NCBI GenBank assembly: GCA_965661985.1
Contig: CBFIFY010000013.1
Location: 998-64,997, forward strand
Length of the DNA stretch: 64,000 bases
DNA from: an uncultured Myxococcota bacterium
Lineage (GTDB): Bacteria > Myxococcota_A > UBA796
Direction: 5' to 3'
Shown: in pieces, positions 8,831 through 18,765 of the stretch
How positions within the stretch are numbered: position 1 is the first letter of the stretch
Layout: every line of letters starts with the position of its first letter
Position numbers and translations under genes: made by a program
Notes under the pieces: model-generated
What the model was told of the DNA's origin: nothing
The model's database searches: none
Seen by the model: only the letters and a program-made list of their open reading frames with translations

Positions 8831-10960
8831 TTGAAAACGTTCGACGGACTCTTGAAGTTGTGCGGAGAGTTTGAGCAGTGCATCCGATGTTTCCACTACA
8901 GAGTGAGCCGCGACAGCCGCTTCAGAGGCCACTTGCGCAATTTCATCCAAAGCGATGGACGCTTCTTGGGTGCCTTCCTGTTGTTGTTGTACAGCAAAGG
9001 TGATTTGGTGGGCCGATTTGGTGGTTTCTGTCGCCAGTTTGGTCGCCTCTTCTGTTGCGAGTACTGAAGCATTGGTGGATTTTGTGATGTCTCCCGTCAA
9101 GGCATCAATGTTCTTTGCACTGGTCATGACCTGCTCAGCCAGTTTTTGCATTTGCATCGCGACCAATGAAAAACCACGCCCTGCTTCACCGGCTTTGGTG
9201 CCTTCCAATGCGGCATTCAATGCAAGTAGGTCCGACTTGGCGGCAATGTCCTTGATCAAGGAGAGTATTTCGCCAATTCCGTCTACATGGTGACTGAGTT
9301 CGTCAATCCGAGTGGCAATTAAACTGGCATTCTTCTGGGTGATATCGGCATTGTCAAACACCAACTGACTGGCTTGAGCGACTTCTTTTGAAGAATCAAG
9401 CAACATGGACAGTAGGTTTTTGGTTTCTTCGGCGGCGGAAGCCTGTTCGGCAGTTCCGGTCTGTTGCTCTTGAGCGGTTGTCAGCAATGTACTGGCGGTA
9501 CTCGTGAGGTTCTCAGACAGCGATGTGGTGTTTTCAACCATTGTACGCAACATGTCCAGTAGGTCATTGAAAGCAGCTTGTAAGGTGCCCACTTCGTCAC
9601 TCGCAGGGTCTTCAAAATGAGGCTGATTCAGTGCGCCATTCGCCAAATTGTTTAGTCTGTCGGATATATCTGCGATTGGATTTGCCAATTTGCGAGACAT
9701 GAACAACGAGGTAAAGACGATGAACAAGATCGATAGCGTCACGGACCAAATGACGATCGATCGTATGATGTCAATCGAATCATAGGCCTCACGGGTGTCT
9801 ATTTTGGCAATCAGCAACAATTGCATACCACCCAAATCGAGACGCTTTCGATTCAATACGACTTCTTGACCACGGTAATCCATCAACTCTAGACTTTGCT
9901 GGTCGTCAAAGGCAGTGGTGAAACTTTGCTTCAACTCAGGGTTCGAGAACGCACCTGCTTCTGGGTTGTGAAAAGACGCAACAACAGAATGCGTGTCGGG
10001 CTTGAGTCGAGAGTTTGAGCGCATCAACCCATCTTGACCAATCAAGACAACTTCCTGTGTGGACTCTTCGCCGTCATCTGCCAAAATGTTTGTGATTCGT
10101 TCCAGAGGCATTTGAAAGCAGAGAACGCCGACCAACGTCTCGCCTTTGTAAATGGGTGACGCAATAAAGGAGGCGGGGTCTGAGTAGGACGGGGTGTAGG
10201 TAGCGAAATCAACCAAGGCGGATTCACCAGCGGGCAAAGACAACGCCATTTTGTAGGCCGTAGCAAAGTTGCTGTTGGCATAGTTCCCCGTTTTCAAAGA
10301 CGTTCCAAAGTCCAACTCCTTGTAGACTGAGTACACGATGTCCCCAGTCGTTGGGTGTACGATAAAGATGTCGTAATAGCCAAAACTGTCTTGATAGCGT
10401 TTTAAAATGGGGTGCACTTGTGCATGTTGCTTGCTGTATAAGGATGCATCCCCCGCTGTAATTAGATCGTCTTTGTTGCCGAGTTCATTGGGGTTGTTGG
10501 AGATGTAAAGGTACTGTTGAACGATGCTGTCTGGAGAAAGGCTCTCCACCAGTGTATCTACGTTGAGGGTGGTGTTGATGTTTGCTTCAGCGTACTTTGG
10601 GGCAAATTCTTTGGTGTAATAATCACGTACACTGAGTTTCATCTCCTGAAGTTTCTCAGAGGTGAGTCGATTCTCGGCACCCACTGTGTAGAAAGAATCC
10701 GACATGCTTTCAGCGGCGTCGATGACCATCTGGTTGTGGGCCAAATTTTCCACTTGGTGTTCAATGGTGTTGAAGTATTGGTACAAGTGGTTTTGTTTGG
10801 CCTGCGCGATGGTGTGCAGTCGACTTTGAACATGCTCTTGCAGGGACTGCTCAAGGGTTGTCGAGATGAATGCGCTGACAGCGAGGAGTGGGATGAGTCC
10901 AGTAAACAGAGTCAACAGCAAAATCTTGGTATTGAGCCCAATTGATTCGAGCTTTTTCAT
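8825..10960 (-). CDS. Methyl-accepting chemotaxis protein (TM-dCache-TM-HAMP-MA)
   Basis: Two TM helices; Cache-type sensor (FGYYDIF, DFATYTPSY.DPASFIASPI); HAMP (DEVGTL..AFN); hairpin tip LLALNAALEGTKAGEAGRGF. Confidence 0.93.
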   Translation of the reverse strand: MKKLESIGLNTKILLLTLFTGLIPLLAVSAFISTTLEQSLQEHVQSRLHTIAQAKQNHLYQYFNTIEHQVENLAHNQMVIDAAESMSDSFYTVGAENRLTSEKLQEMKLSVRDYYTKEFAPKYAEANINTTLNVDTLVESLSPDSIVQQYLYISNNPNELGNKDDLITAGDASLYSKQHAQVHPILKRYQDSFGYYDIFIVHPTTGDIVYSVYKELDFGTSLKTGNYANSNFATAYKMALSLPAGESALVDFATYTPSYSDPASFIASPIYKGETLVGVLCFQMPLERITNILADDGEESTQEVVLIGQDGLMRSNSRLKPDTHSVVASFHNPEAGAFSNPELKQSFTTAFDDQQSLELMDYRGQEVVLNRKRLDLGGMQLLLIAKIDTREAYDSIDIIRSIVIWSVTLSILFIVFTSLFMSRKLANPIADISDRLNNLANGALNQPHFEDPASDEVGTLQAAFNDLLDMLRTMVENTTSLSENLTSTASTLLTTAQEQQTGTAEQASAAEETKNLLSMLLDSSKEVAQASQLVFDNADITQKNASLIATRIDELSHHVDGIGEILSLIKDIAAKSDLLALNAALEGTKAGEAGRGFSLVAMQMQKLAEQVMTSAKNIDALTGDITKSTNASVLATEEATKLATETTKSAHQITFAVQQQQEGTQEASIALDEIAQVASEAAVAAHSVVETSDALLKLSAQLQESVERFQL

Positions 10961-11087
10961 GGCGATTCCTTTGTTTGGTCGGTGTCAATACACGGTCATT
11001 TGTCCAAGGTTTTCGGTATCTATAGGTAGTCTGTTTTGGGGATTCGTCAATCTGGGCAGTGTTGAATTATGCGTTGCATGAGGTTGA

Positions 11088-12635
11088 CTAAGGGGCACCA
11101 AAGGAAATGTGCTGTCGGGCTTCGATTGGTCCAACCAATGAGCGCGTCCCCTCCCATGGAATCTCAATTTGAATCCAGTCCACACTGTCGATGTCCCCAA
11201 GTCCTACGTGGACGGTGGCAGGCATGGAACCCGACATTCCAGGCGTCGAAGACAGATGGATGGTCCACAATTGCTGCCCTGCAAAAACTTTGACGATGCT
11301 GTTTTCTGGTCCAGAAACTTCAATCCAGTTGTTTGCCGTACAGCCATCGGACAGGTAGACATAGGCTTCACGAGCAGCATCACTGACGATGAGGTCAACC
11401 ACACCATCGTCGTTGATGTCGTGTGCCAACACGGCCCTTGATGCGCTCAGTTGTTCAAGTCCCAAATCTTCCCCAACATCTCGGTAACTGTGGTCGGGTT
11501 GTTGTTCAACCATCCAAATGGGGTATGGGCGTACTTGAGGACCATTTTGATCAACACGGGTAAAGCCACTGGTGGCGACCAAAATGTCGAAGAGTCCATC
11601 GTTGTTGTAATCTGTGATGTGCGCGCCCCAGAGCATTTGCTCATTGAACGCAATGGGTAAACTGTAAGCCTCGGTGTATTCAACGAACCCGGCATCGCCG
11701 CCTTTCAAGAGGTGTTGACCTGCTGTTGCCGTCGAGTATAGGTCAATGTGCTGGTCCATGTCCATATCCGCGGCAGACGTACCCATACAGGCTGTTTCGA
11801 TGCCTGCACCTTGCGCATCTCCATGGGTCAACGAGCCTTCTTCATTGATGAGGACATGGTTGGGTCCCCAGAGAAATCCAAAATCGTTGCAGACGTAGAG
11901 GTCGGGATCGCCGTCTCCCTCCCAATCCATGACCAGGCCATCAAAGGACGCGCCGAAATAGGATCGATCCAAGTATTCATAGGGTTCACTGTATCCATCT
12001 TCAAGTCGCTCAAATATTAGTCCCCAGCCTTCGTGGTAATCCAGACCACCTGAACCAATCAGTGCCCACAGGTCTTGGTCTCCGTCTCCGTCGATGTCAA
12101 TCATGCCAACGTCGCGCACACCTCTGGAAGGTTCAAATGCCAACAACACGTCTGTTTCTTCGTGGGGCGTAAGGACAGACCAAACAACTTCAAGGAATTC
12201 TCCGAGCAAGACCAGATCGTCTTCTCCGTCTTCGTTTAGGTCCAAAATGTACAGTCGAACCGTGACAGAAGACGCATCGACTTCAACGACATCACCACTG
12301 CTGTTGAAGGCTTTTGGATTGTCAGACCCCAATTGCCACAGCCACCATTCACCATCATATTCTTGCAGGGCGATGGCGCCTTCAATGTTGTAGAGGTTGT
12401 AATTGTCACCGGTGTACCCAAAGCGTTCACTGGCATCCGTGTATGTTGGTTCTGGAAGGGGATTTGTACAGGCATTGACCTCACCAAGAATCCATCCGTC
12501 GTCGCTTTCTGTCGGATGTTCTAGATTCGAATAGGGATCAATCGTCTCTTCATTGGTGTTGGTATCTGTATTGGACTTGGAACCGGCGCACCCCAATACG
12601 GTGTACAGTATCGAACTAAGGATGAAAGTAGACAT
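11088..12635 (-). CDS. FG-GAP/VCBS repeat lipoprotein, CRTAC1/ASPIC-UnbV-like
   Basis: Lipobox VLGC; repeated DxDxDGxxDL motifs; C-terminal VHVGLG...IEIPW (ASPIC/UnbV-like). Confidence 0.8.
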   Translation of the reverse strand: MSTFILSSILYTVLGCAGSKSNTDTNTNEETIDPYSNLEHPTESDDGWILGEVNACTNPLPEPTYTDASERFGYTGDNYNLYNIEGAIALQEYDGEWWLWQLGSDNPKAFNSSGDVVEVDASSVTVRLYILDLNEDGEDDLVLLGEFLEVVWSVLTPHEETDVLLAFEPSRGVRDVGMIDIDGDGDQDLWALIGSGGLDYHEGWGLIFERLEDGYSEPYEYLDRSYFGASFDGLVMDWEGDGDPDLYVCNDFGFLWGPNHVLINEEGSLTHGDAQGAGIETACMGTSAADMDMDQHIDLYSTATAGQHLLKGGDAGFVEYTEAYSLPIAFNEQMLWGAHITDYNNDGLFDILVATSGFTRVDQNGPQVRPYPIWMVEQQPDHSYRDVGEDLGLEQLSASRAVLAHDINDDGVVDLIVSDAAREAYVYLSDGCTANNWIEVSGPENSIVKVFAGQQLWTIHLSSTPGMSGSMPATVHVGLGDIDSVDWIQIEIPWEGTRSLVGPIEARQHISFGAP

Positions 12636-12731
12636 TGAGCGTTCCGAAAGTACAACCCAAGAAAGGGTGAGTGAAGTGTGCTATATATCTTGTATAGCCT
12701 TTTTTACTATCTTGCATACTGTTGGGAGCGT

Positions 12732-15017
12732 ATGATGAACAGATTCTTTTGGAGCGTTGGACTGTTGACCGCCTGTCAAGATCAGCCAAAAACGGGACAA
12801 ACAGCAGTAGAAGAAGCAACGGTCGCAGATACTGGGGCTGAAACGGTAGAAACCATATGGGATGCCGATGGGGACGGGTATTTGTCTGATGAAGATTGTG
12901 ATGATTCCGTTGCCAATATCAATCCGGGAGAGGCTGAGATTTGCGATGGAATTGACAACAACTGTGACGGTCAGATTGATGAGGGGGTCTTGAGACGCTT
13001 TCATTTAGACGGAGATGGGGATGGTTTTGGTCAAGCAGAAATCGCGACAGAAGCCTGTGAAGCACCAGATGGAATGGTGCAAAACGGAAGTGATTGCGAC
13101 GATGACGACGCTGAAATATTTCCGGGTTCCCTAGAGATTTGTGACGACATCGACAATGACTGTGACGGGGAAATCGACGATGGATTGGGTGCATGGTGGT
13201 ATTTGGATTCCGATGAGGATGGCTATGGCGATGTGGGGACTGCGCAGCAAACTTGTACCACTTTGGAAGGGTATGTAACGCTTGGTGGAGATTGCAACGA
13301 TCAGGACAATGCCATCTTTCCTGGAGCCTTAGAAGAGTGCGATGGGGTCGACAACAATTGCAATGGTGAACTGGATGAGACGGGTTCTTTGGTGTGGTAT
13401 TACGACGACGATGGGGATGGCTATGGCGATCTCAACATCACGACGTTGTCCTGCGTACAGCCTGTCGACTATGTAGACAATTCATTGGACTGTGATGATC
13501 TAGACCCAATGCAAAATCCAGACGCCCTTGAAGTCTGTGACTGGGAAGACAACAATTGCAATGGAATCTTGGATGACAACGCCGTTGATGGGACGATATG
13601 GTATGTCGATGCAGACAGTGATGGCTACGGTAGTGGGACTTCGACGACCACTTCTTGCACTCAACCCATCGGCTATGCAGCCAACACCAATGACTGTGAC
13701 GATTCTCGTTTTGAATCCAGTCCGTCCGCCTTAGAGTTTTGCAATGGAATCGACGATGATTGCGATGGTCAAATTGATGAGGAAGATGCCGTAGACTTTC
13801 AAGTCTTTTATACCGATGCGGACGGGGATGGGTATGGCGATCCATTCAGTCCTGTGCAGGGTTGTACACAACCCATCGGTGCTGTGAGCAATGCCCAAGA
13901 TTGCAATGACAACGATGCGTCGGTGTATCCTTACGCGACGGAAGTGTGCAATGGCGTTGATGACAACTGCAATCAAGCCATCGATGAAAACGCAGAAGAT
14001 CAAAACATCTATTTCTTGGATGCAGATTCGGATGGGGTGGGTGGAACGACGTTTCAACTCGCTTGTGAACAACCGGGCGGATACGTTTCTGGCACTGGAG
14101 ATTGTGATGACAGCAACGCTACGGTGAAGCCCAACATGACCGAAGTGTGCAACGGTGTTGACGACAATTGCAACGGCAGTGTGGATGAGAACATTCCGAC
14201 CAGCGCTTGGTATTTGGATGGCGACGGGGATGGCTTTGGCACCAGTGGTGTTGTTGCCTACAATTGTTTCCAACCTTCGGGGTATGTAGCAGATACGTCT
14301 GATTGTGATGATGGAGATGCAACCATCAATCCAGACGCGGTGGAACTGTGCAACGGCTTGGACGATGACTGCGACGGGGATGCCGATATCGGGCACTTGG
14401 GGTTGGACGAAATCTGCGTGGCTGAGTCCTGCCTAGAAATCTTAGAGAGTCACCCCAATGCGGTGGATGGAGAGTATACGATCTCTGGATTGGGACTCGC
14501 AGAGTGTGACATGGGCTCTTTTGGGGGTGGCTGGACACAAGTGTTCATGGACAATATGAACCCACCGGATTCTGGGTGGAGTCTACAAACCACAACCACA
14601 TGTGGGATTTGGGGACAAATTTTGGGAGGCTACGGTGTGATATCAGGCGGTTCGATCAACAACACAATCTCCACAAGGGGTGTTCCACATTCTGAGCTTT
14701 GGGTTGAATTTGATTACATTGCCTTGGATTCATGGGATTTTTCATCCACTGGAATGGGACCTGACTTTGGCTATGCCAACTTCAACAGCACATCGATTTT
14801 GCAAGTGGATTTCAACAACCACGTGTCCATTTATGGTCAAGTATGTGGTTGGTGGCGCCCCAATTATCCTGTTGGGTCCTATGATTCTCGCTTGTATGTC
14901 TCCAGCATTCAAAGTGGGTATCACCCCAATTTCACGTTGACAGTTGGGTCTACTCTCAATCAGGGGCCCTATGACGAATCCTTTGGCTTCGATGATGTAT
15001 ACGTGTGGGTGAGATGA
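12732..15017 (+). CDS. Lipoprotein with 8 MopE-related (putative metal-binding motif) repeats and a C-terminal fibrinogen-like domain
   Basis: Lipobox LLTAC; about 67-aa units of YxDxDGDGYG...C...DCDD....PxxxExCDGxDNNCDGxxDE; tail SCLEIL..HP...DGEYTI...CDM..FGGGWTQV. Confidence 0.8.
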   Translation: MMNRFFWSVGLLTACQDQPKTGQTAVEEATVADTGAETVETIWDADGDGYLSDEDCDDSVANINPGEAEICDGIDNNCDGQIDEGVLRRFHLDGDGDGFGQAEIATEACEAPDGMVQNGSDCDDDDAEIFPGSLEICDDIDNDCDGEIDDGLGAWWYLDSDEDGYGDVGTAQQTCTTLEGYVTLGGDCNDQDNAIFPGALEECDGVDNNCNGELDETGSLVWYYDDDGDGYGDLNITTLSCVQPVDYVDNSLDCDDLDPMQNPDALEVCDWEDNNCNGILDDNAVDGTIWYVDADSDGYGSGTSTTTSCTQPIGYAANTNDCDDSRFESSPSALEFCNGIDDDCDGQIDEEDAVDFQVFYTDADGDGYGDPFSPVQGCTQPIGAVSNAQDCNDNDASVYPYATEVCNGVDDNCNQAIDENAEDQNIYFLDADSDGVGGTTFQLACEQPGGYVSGTGDCDDSNATVKPNMTEVCNGVDDNCNGSVDENIPTSAWYLDGDGDGFGTSGVVAYNCFQPSGYVADTSDCDDGDATINPDAVELCNGLDDDCDGDADIGHLGLDEICVAESCLEILESHPNAVDGEYTISGLGLAECDMGSFGGGWTQVFMDNMNPPDSGWSLQTTTTCGIWGQILGGYGVISGGSINNTISTRGVPHSELWVEFDYIALDSWDFSSTGMGPDFGYANFNSTSILQVDFNNHVSIYGQVCGWWRPNYPVGSYDSRLYVSSIQSGYHPNFTLTVGSTLNQGPYDESFGFDDVYVWVR

Positions 15018-17257
15018 TGAAAGCATTGACTGTGTGGTCCACAATATTTCTGTCGATTGGTGCAACAGCTTGTCGAAACAAGATTGAAGTCGAAGAATCC
15101 ACCACCGACACTCAGGTGTTGGATCTGGATCAGGACGGATACGACAATACTGAAGATTGCGATGACTTTGATGCCAATGTCAATCCAGATTCGATTGAGT
15201 TTTGCGATGGAATCGACAACAATTGCGATGGTCAAGTGGATGAAGGTGTGAGTACACTGTATTACCGTGACTTTGATGGGGATGGATTCGGTGACGACGA
15301 CGAAACCATTCAAGCTTGCAATGCCCCGTCGGAGTACATCATCATTGGGAACGATTGCGATGACAGCAACGCGGACTCCTTTCCGGGTGCGCCAGAGAGG
15401 TGTGATGAGCAGGACAACGATTGTGACGGAGAAATAGACGAGGGCTTGTTGGACGGCTTGTATTTGGATGTCGATGGGGATGGCTATGGAGACCCCGCGG
15501 AACCCATCAATGACTGTGCCGATGACTTGACCCGTTTTGCCGACAATCCATTGGACTGTGACGATGGCAATCCAGCGGTACATTTTGATGCCATCGAAAT
15601 CTGTGACGAAATTGACAACGATTGTGATGGAGCGGTCGATGAACCAGGCTCTGGTGCGCAGATTTGGTATGCCGATGCCGATGGGGATGGCTATGGAGAC
15701 CCACTGGTGACCAGTTATGCCTGTGAATTGCCGATGGGTTTTATTGACAATGCCGATGACTGTGACGACAGCAACGACGCTCAGCATCCTTTTGCCGATG
15801 AATTGTGCAATTTAGAGGATGATGATTGTGATGGCTTCATTGATGAAGAGGCGATCGACCCCAATACTTTTTATTTGGATGCCGACTCGGATGGATTTGG
15901 AGACAGTGATTTTACCACCGTGTCTTGCACTCAACCCATTGGCTATGTGTTCAATGATTTGGACTGTAACGACGCCACTTCTGCGATTTCACCCAACGCA
16001 CCGGAGATATGCAACCAGACCGACAACAACTGCAATGGAGTCTTGGATGACAATGCCGTGGGTGCGGCAACCTATTACGCCGACGTAGATGGAGACGGGT
16101 ATGGAGACCCCACCAGTTTTGTTGAATCTTGTTCACCGGTGACTGGACATGTATTGAATGCATTGGATTGCAATGATCAAGACCCCAACCAAAATCCATT
16201 GAGCGTTGAAGTGTGCAATTCTCAAGACGACAACTGCAACGGCGATATCGATGAAACGGCCGTAGACGCTTTGGTTTGGTATGTTGATGCCGATGGGGAC
16301 GGTTTTGGTTCATTGAATACTTGGACCACCGCCTGCACAGAACCACCCGGGTATGTGGACAATGTACTGGACTGCAACGATGGCGACGCATTGCACAATC
16401 CAGACACGCCAGAGATTTGCAACGACATGGACGACAATTGCAACAACCAAATTGATGAAGGCGTGGCGCTGTCACAGTGGTACTTTGACGATGATGGGGA
16501 TGGCTTTGGAGATCCATGGGTCGTGGTGGAGTCTTGCTCTCAGCCCGCAGGAATGATCGCAGACAACCAAGACTGCAACGATGACGATCCCTCAACCCAC
16601 CCCAATGCCGATGAGTATTGTGGAGATGGCGTTGACAACAACTGCGATGGTGCGTTTGATGATGAAACGGCCATTGATGCGTACAGTGGCTATTTGGATT
16701 TGGATGGGGATGGCTACGGTGGAGGCGCTTGGGAGAGCAGTTGCGATGACATCTACTATGCGACCAGCGAAGATTGTGACGACTCAGATGCCAGCATTTC
16801 TCCTGACGCGACTGAGGTTTGTGATGGTCTAGACAACGATTGTGACGGCGACGCCGACTCTGCGAGCCTGTGTCCATGCAATTTTGAGACAAACAACGGT
16901 AGCAATTATCTATTTTGCAATTACAATCGAACGTGGTCGGTGGCCAAAGGAGAATGCGCGCAAGTCGGTTATCATTTGGTCACCATTGACGATTTGGCCG
17001 AAAATACTTGGGTGGATGGTCGTGTGGACTCCTATTCATCAGGGCGTTGGTGGATTGGCTACAACGATTTGACGGTGGAAGGGTATTGGGATTGGGATGG
17101 ACCCTATTCCTCCTTTACCTACTGGGCCAACAATGAACCCAATGATGCAAACAACAACGAAGATTGTGCTGTACTGAATCAGTTTGGTTCGGGGGGCGAG
17201 TGGAACGATGTGTTCTGCAACAACAGTCTCTATTTTGTGTGTGAGGCCAATCCATAG
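15014..17257 (+). CDS. Lipoprotein with 9 MopE-related repeats and a C-terminal C-type lectin domain
   Basis: Lipobox ATAC; ATGA overlap with the upstream gene; CTLD motifs YLFC, WSVAKGEC, HLVTI, WWIGYND, EPND...EDC, WNDVFC, FVCE. Confidence 0.85.
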   Translation: MMKALTVWSTIFLSIGATACRNKIEVEESTTDTQVLDLDQDGYDNTEDCDDFDANVNPDSIEFCDGIDNNCDGQVDEGVSTLYYRDFDGDGFGDDDETIQACNAPSEYIIIGNDCDDSNADSFPGAPERCDEQDNDCDGEIDEGLLDGLYLDVDGDGYGDPAEPINDCADDLTRFADNPLDCDDGNPAVHFDAIEICDEIDNDCDGAVDEPGSGAQIWYADADGDGYGDPLVTSYACELPMGFIDNADDCDDSNDAQHPFADELCNLEDDDCDGFIDEEAIDPNTFYLDADSDGFGDSDFTTVSCTQPIGYVFNDLDCNDATSAISPNAPEICNQTDNNCNGVLDDNAVGAATYYADVDGDGYGDPTSFVESCSPVTGHVLNALDCNDQDPNQNPLSVEVCNSQDDNCNGDIDETAVDALVWYVDADGDGFGSLNTWTTACTEPPGYVDNVLDCNDGDALHNPDTPEICNDMDDNCNNQIDEGVALSQWYFDDDGDGFGDPWVVVESCSQPAGMIADNQDCNDDDPSTHPNADEYCGDGVDNNCDGAFDDETAIDAYSGYLDLDGDGYGGGAWESSCDDIYYATSEDCDDSDASISPDATEVCDGLDNDCDGDADSASLCPCNFETNNGSNYLFCNYNRTWSVAKGECAQVGYHLVTIDDLAENTWVDGRVDSYSSGRWWIGYNDLTVEGYWDWDGPYSSFTYWANNEPNDANNNEDCAVLNQFGSGGEWNDVFCNNSLYFVCEANP

Positions 17258-17326
17258 TTTCTGTCTAGCCCATAGTTTCTATCTAGAAAGTACAATCCAT
17301 AGTTTTTCACAATTTTGGACATAGTC
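17249..17326. repeat. Tandem duplications of the stop-codon region of the lectin gene
   Basis: AATCCATAGTTTCTGTCTAG / CCCATAGTTTCTATCTAG / AATCCATAGTTT / ACATAGT. Confidence 0.65.
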
Positions 17327-17340
17327 CTGGTAGAGTCACT

Positions 17341-18273
17341 TTAGAGCCAGGGTGCCAAGTCTCTCATGGTATGTCTCCAAAGCCGTTGCTGTATGACTGT
17401 GTCATCGACAATGGGGTTGGGTGAGGGGTTCAACCACCCTTGATGAGGAGTGGATGCGTATGTCGGGTGTCCTTCATAAAAACTACTTTGACAGAGCATT
17501 GAGCCATTGTGTCTGCTGAGTGAGTCGGTAGACAGAAGTGCATAGAGCATGGGTTGGATGCCTTCGTAAAGACTGCATAGCCCGTTGTACCGAAGCCATG
17601 GATGCAGGAACTTTTTGATGGGGGTGGGAATCTTGGATCGTGAAATTGTGGTGTCCACCCATCCTGGATGTACCGCAACCGTCATCGTGTGTGGATGCCT
17701 TTGAGCATGGTGTCGGGTATACAGTGTCAAGGCAAGTTTGGATTGGGCATAGGCAGACCATCGATCGTAGGGGCGTGATGCAAAATGGATATCGTCAAAA
17801 TGAATGGCCGCCAGTCTTCCTTGTACTGCGTGGTGTGCACTTGAGGACACTTGAATCAATCGACCGGTTTTCGTGAGGTGTGGGCGCAATCTTTCGGAAA
17901 TCAACACCGCAGAAAGATAATTGACCACCCATTGAATTTCCCATTGTCCGTGGCAACGTTGAAGGGGCACAGGAATGACTGCGGCATTGTTGACAACACC
18001 ATCAAGCGGTTGGGTATTTGGTAGAGTGATATTGTCTAAGGTACTGATTAGATCATCAAGGTTGCTGAGATCAACAGCCATCCACAAAAACGAATCGAAT
18101 TTATTGAGTTCTACAGGAGCAGTGCGAGAGAGACCAATTACGGTGGCACCTCGTTTAAGCAGTTGTTGTGCGAGTTCGAATCCCAACCCTCGGCTCACAC
18201 CCGTGATGAGAAAGCGCTTGTCGTCAAGTGGGTAATTCAGCCACTCACTGGGACAGGTGAAACGGGGTGGCAT
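17341..18273 (-). CDS. SDR-family oxidoreductase (retinol dehydrogenase/WWOX-like)
   Basis: TGVSRGLG, NNAAV, VSSSAH, YAQSK and VHPGWVDT motifs. Confidence 0.88.
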   Translation of the reverse strand: MPPRFTCPSEWLNYPLDDKRFLITGVSRGLGFELAQQLLKRGATVIGLSRTAPVELNKFDSFLWMAVDLSNLDDLISTLDNITLPNTQPLDGVVNNAAVIPVPLQRCHGQWEIQWVVNYLSAVLISERLRPHLTKTGRLIQVSSSAHHAVQGRLAAIHFDDIHFASRPYDRWSAYAQSKLALTLYTRHHAQRHPHTMTVAVHPGWVDTTISRSKIPTPIKKFLHPWLRYNGLCSLYEGIQPMLYALLSTDSLSRHNGSMLCQSSFYEGHPTYASTPHQGWLNPSPNPIVDDTVIQQRLWRHTMRDLAPWL

Positions 18274-18276
18274 CGT

Positions 18277-18756
18277 TCAAGATGGTTGAATCCCGAGCAG
18301 ACCGCGAACGAGTTCTCCAAGCACCGTTGAAAACAATTGCTTAGCCTGACCAGCCGATACACCCAAGGCTTCAGAGATGGCTTCTTCATAGGGGGTCAAC
18401 AGCGTACTCATGTCGACATCCGGATGAACGCGGTGAAAGTCAACAGCAATGCTCAACAGATCTTGCAACGATTGTCTTTCTTGTTGAATGAACATCAACA
18501 ACGCCATTTGACCGTTGGGATTGCTTTCCAGAAACTTGTTGAAGTCAGCGATTTGCCGATTCTGCATCAAGGCAACCAATGCGGTAAACAATTCTGGTTT
18601 GCTTGGAAAATAATGGTACAACATTCCCGTTGTCATACCGGTGGCTTTTGCAATTTTGCGGACACTGACACCATGGTATCCACTGGTGGCGAAGAGCCCA
18701 AAAGCGGATTCCAAAATTTGAACGCGTCGTTTGTCGTGGTCAACTATCTTTGGCAT
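18277..18756 (-). CDS. TetR/AcrR family transcriptional regulator
   Basis: MPKIVDH..RR..ILESA..LF...GY...SVRKIA..TG.T.G.LYHYFPSK helix-turn-helix. Confidence 0.92.
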   Translation of the reverse strand: MPKIVDHDKRRVQILESAFGLFATSGYHGVSVRKIAKATGMTTGMLYHYFPSKPELFTALVALMQNRQIADFNKFLESNPNGQMALLMFIQQERQSLQDLLSIAVDFHRVHPDVDMSTLLTPYEEAISEALGVSAGQAKQLFSTVLGELVRGLLGIQPS

Positions 18757-18765
18757 AAACAGTTC

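Noticed and set aside
13438-16892. Long antisense ORFs (13731-14396, 14969-15787, 15951-16892) and alternative-frame ORFs in the giant gene (54273-54983, 54472-55059)
   Set aside because: These are shadow ORFs caused by repetitive, biased codon usage of the real genes and have no recognisable motifs.
15014-17341. Diversity-generating retroelement targeting the C-type lectin tip
   Set aside because: No reverse transcriptase and no second near-copy of the 3' region differing at adenines is visible in the window. The downstream repeats are under 20 bp.
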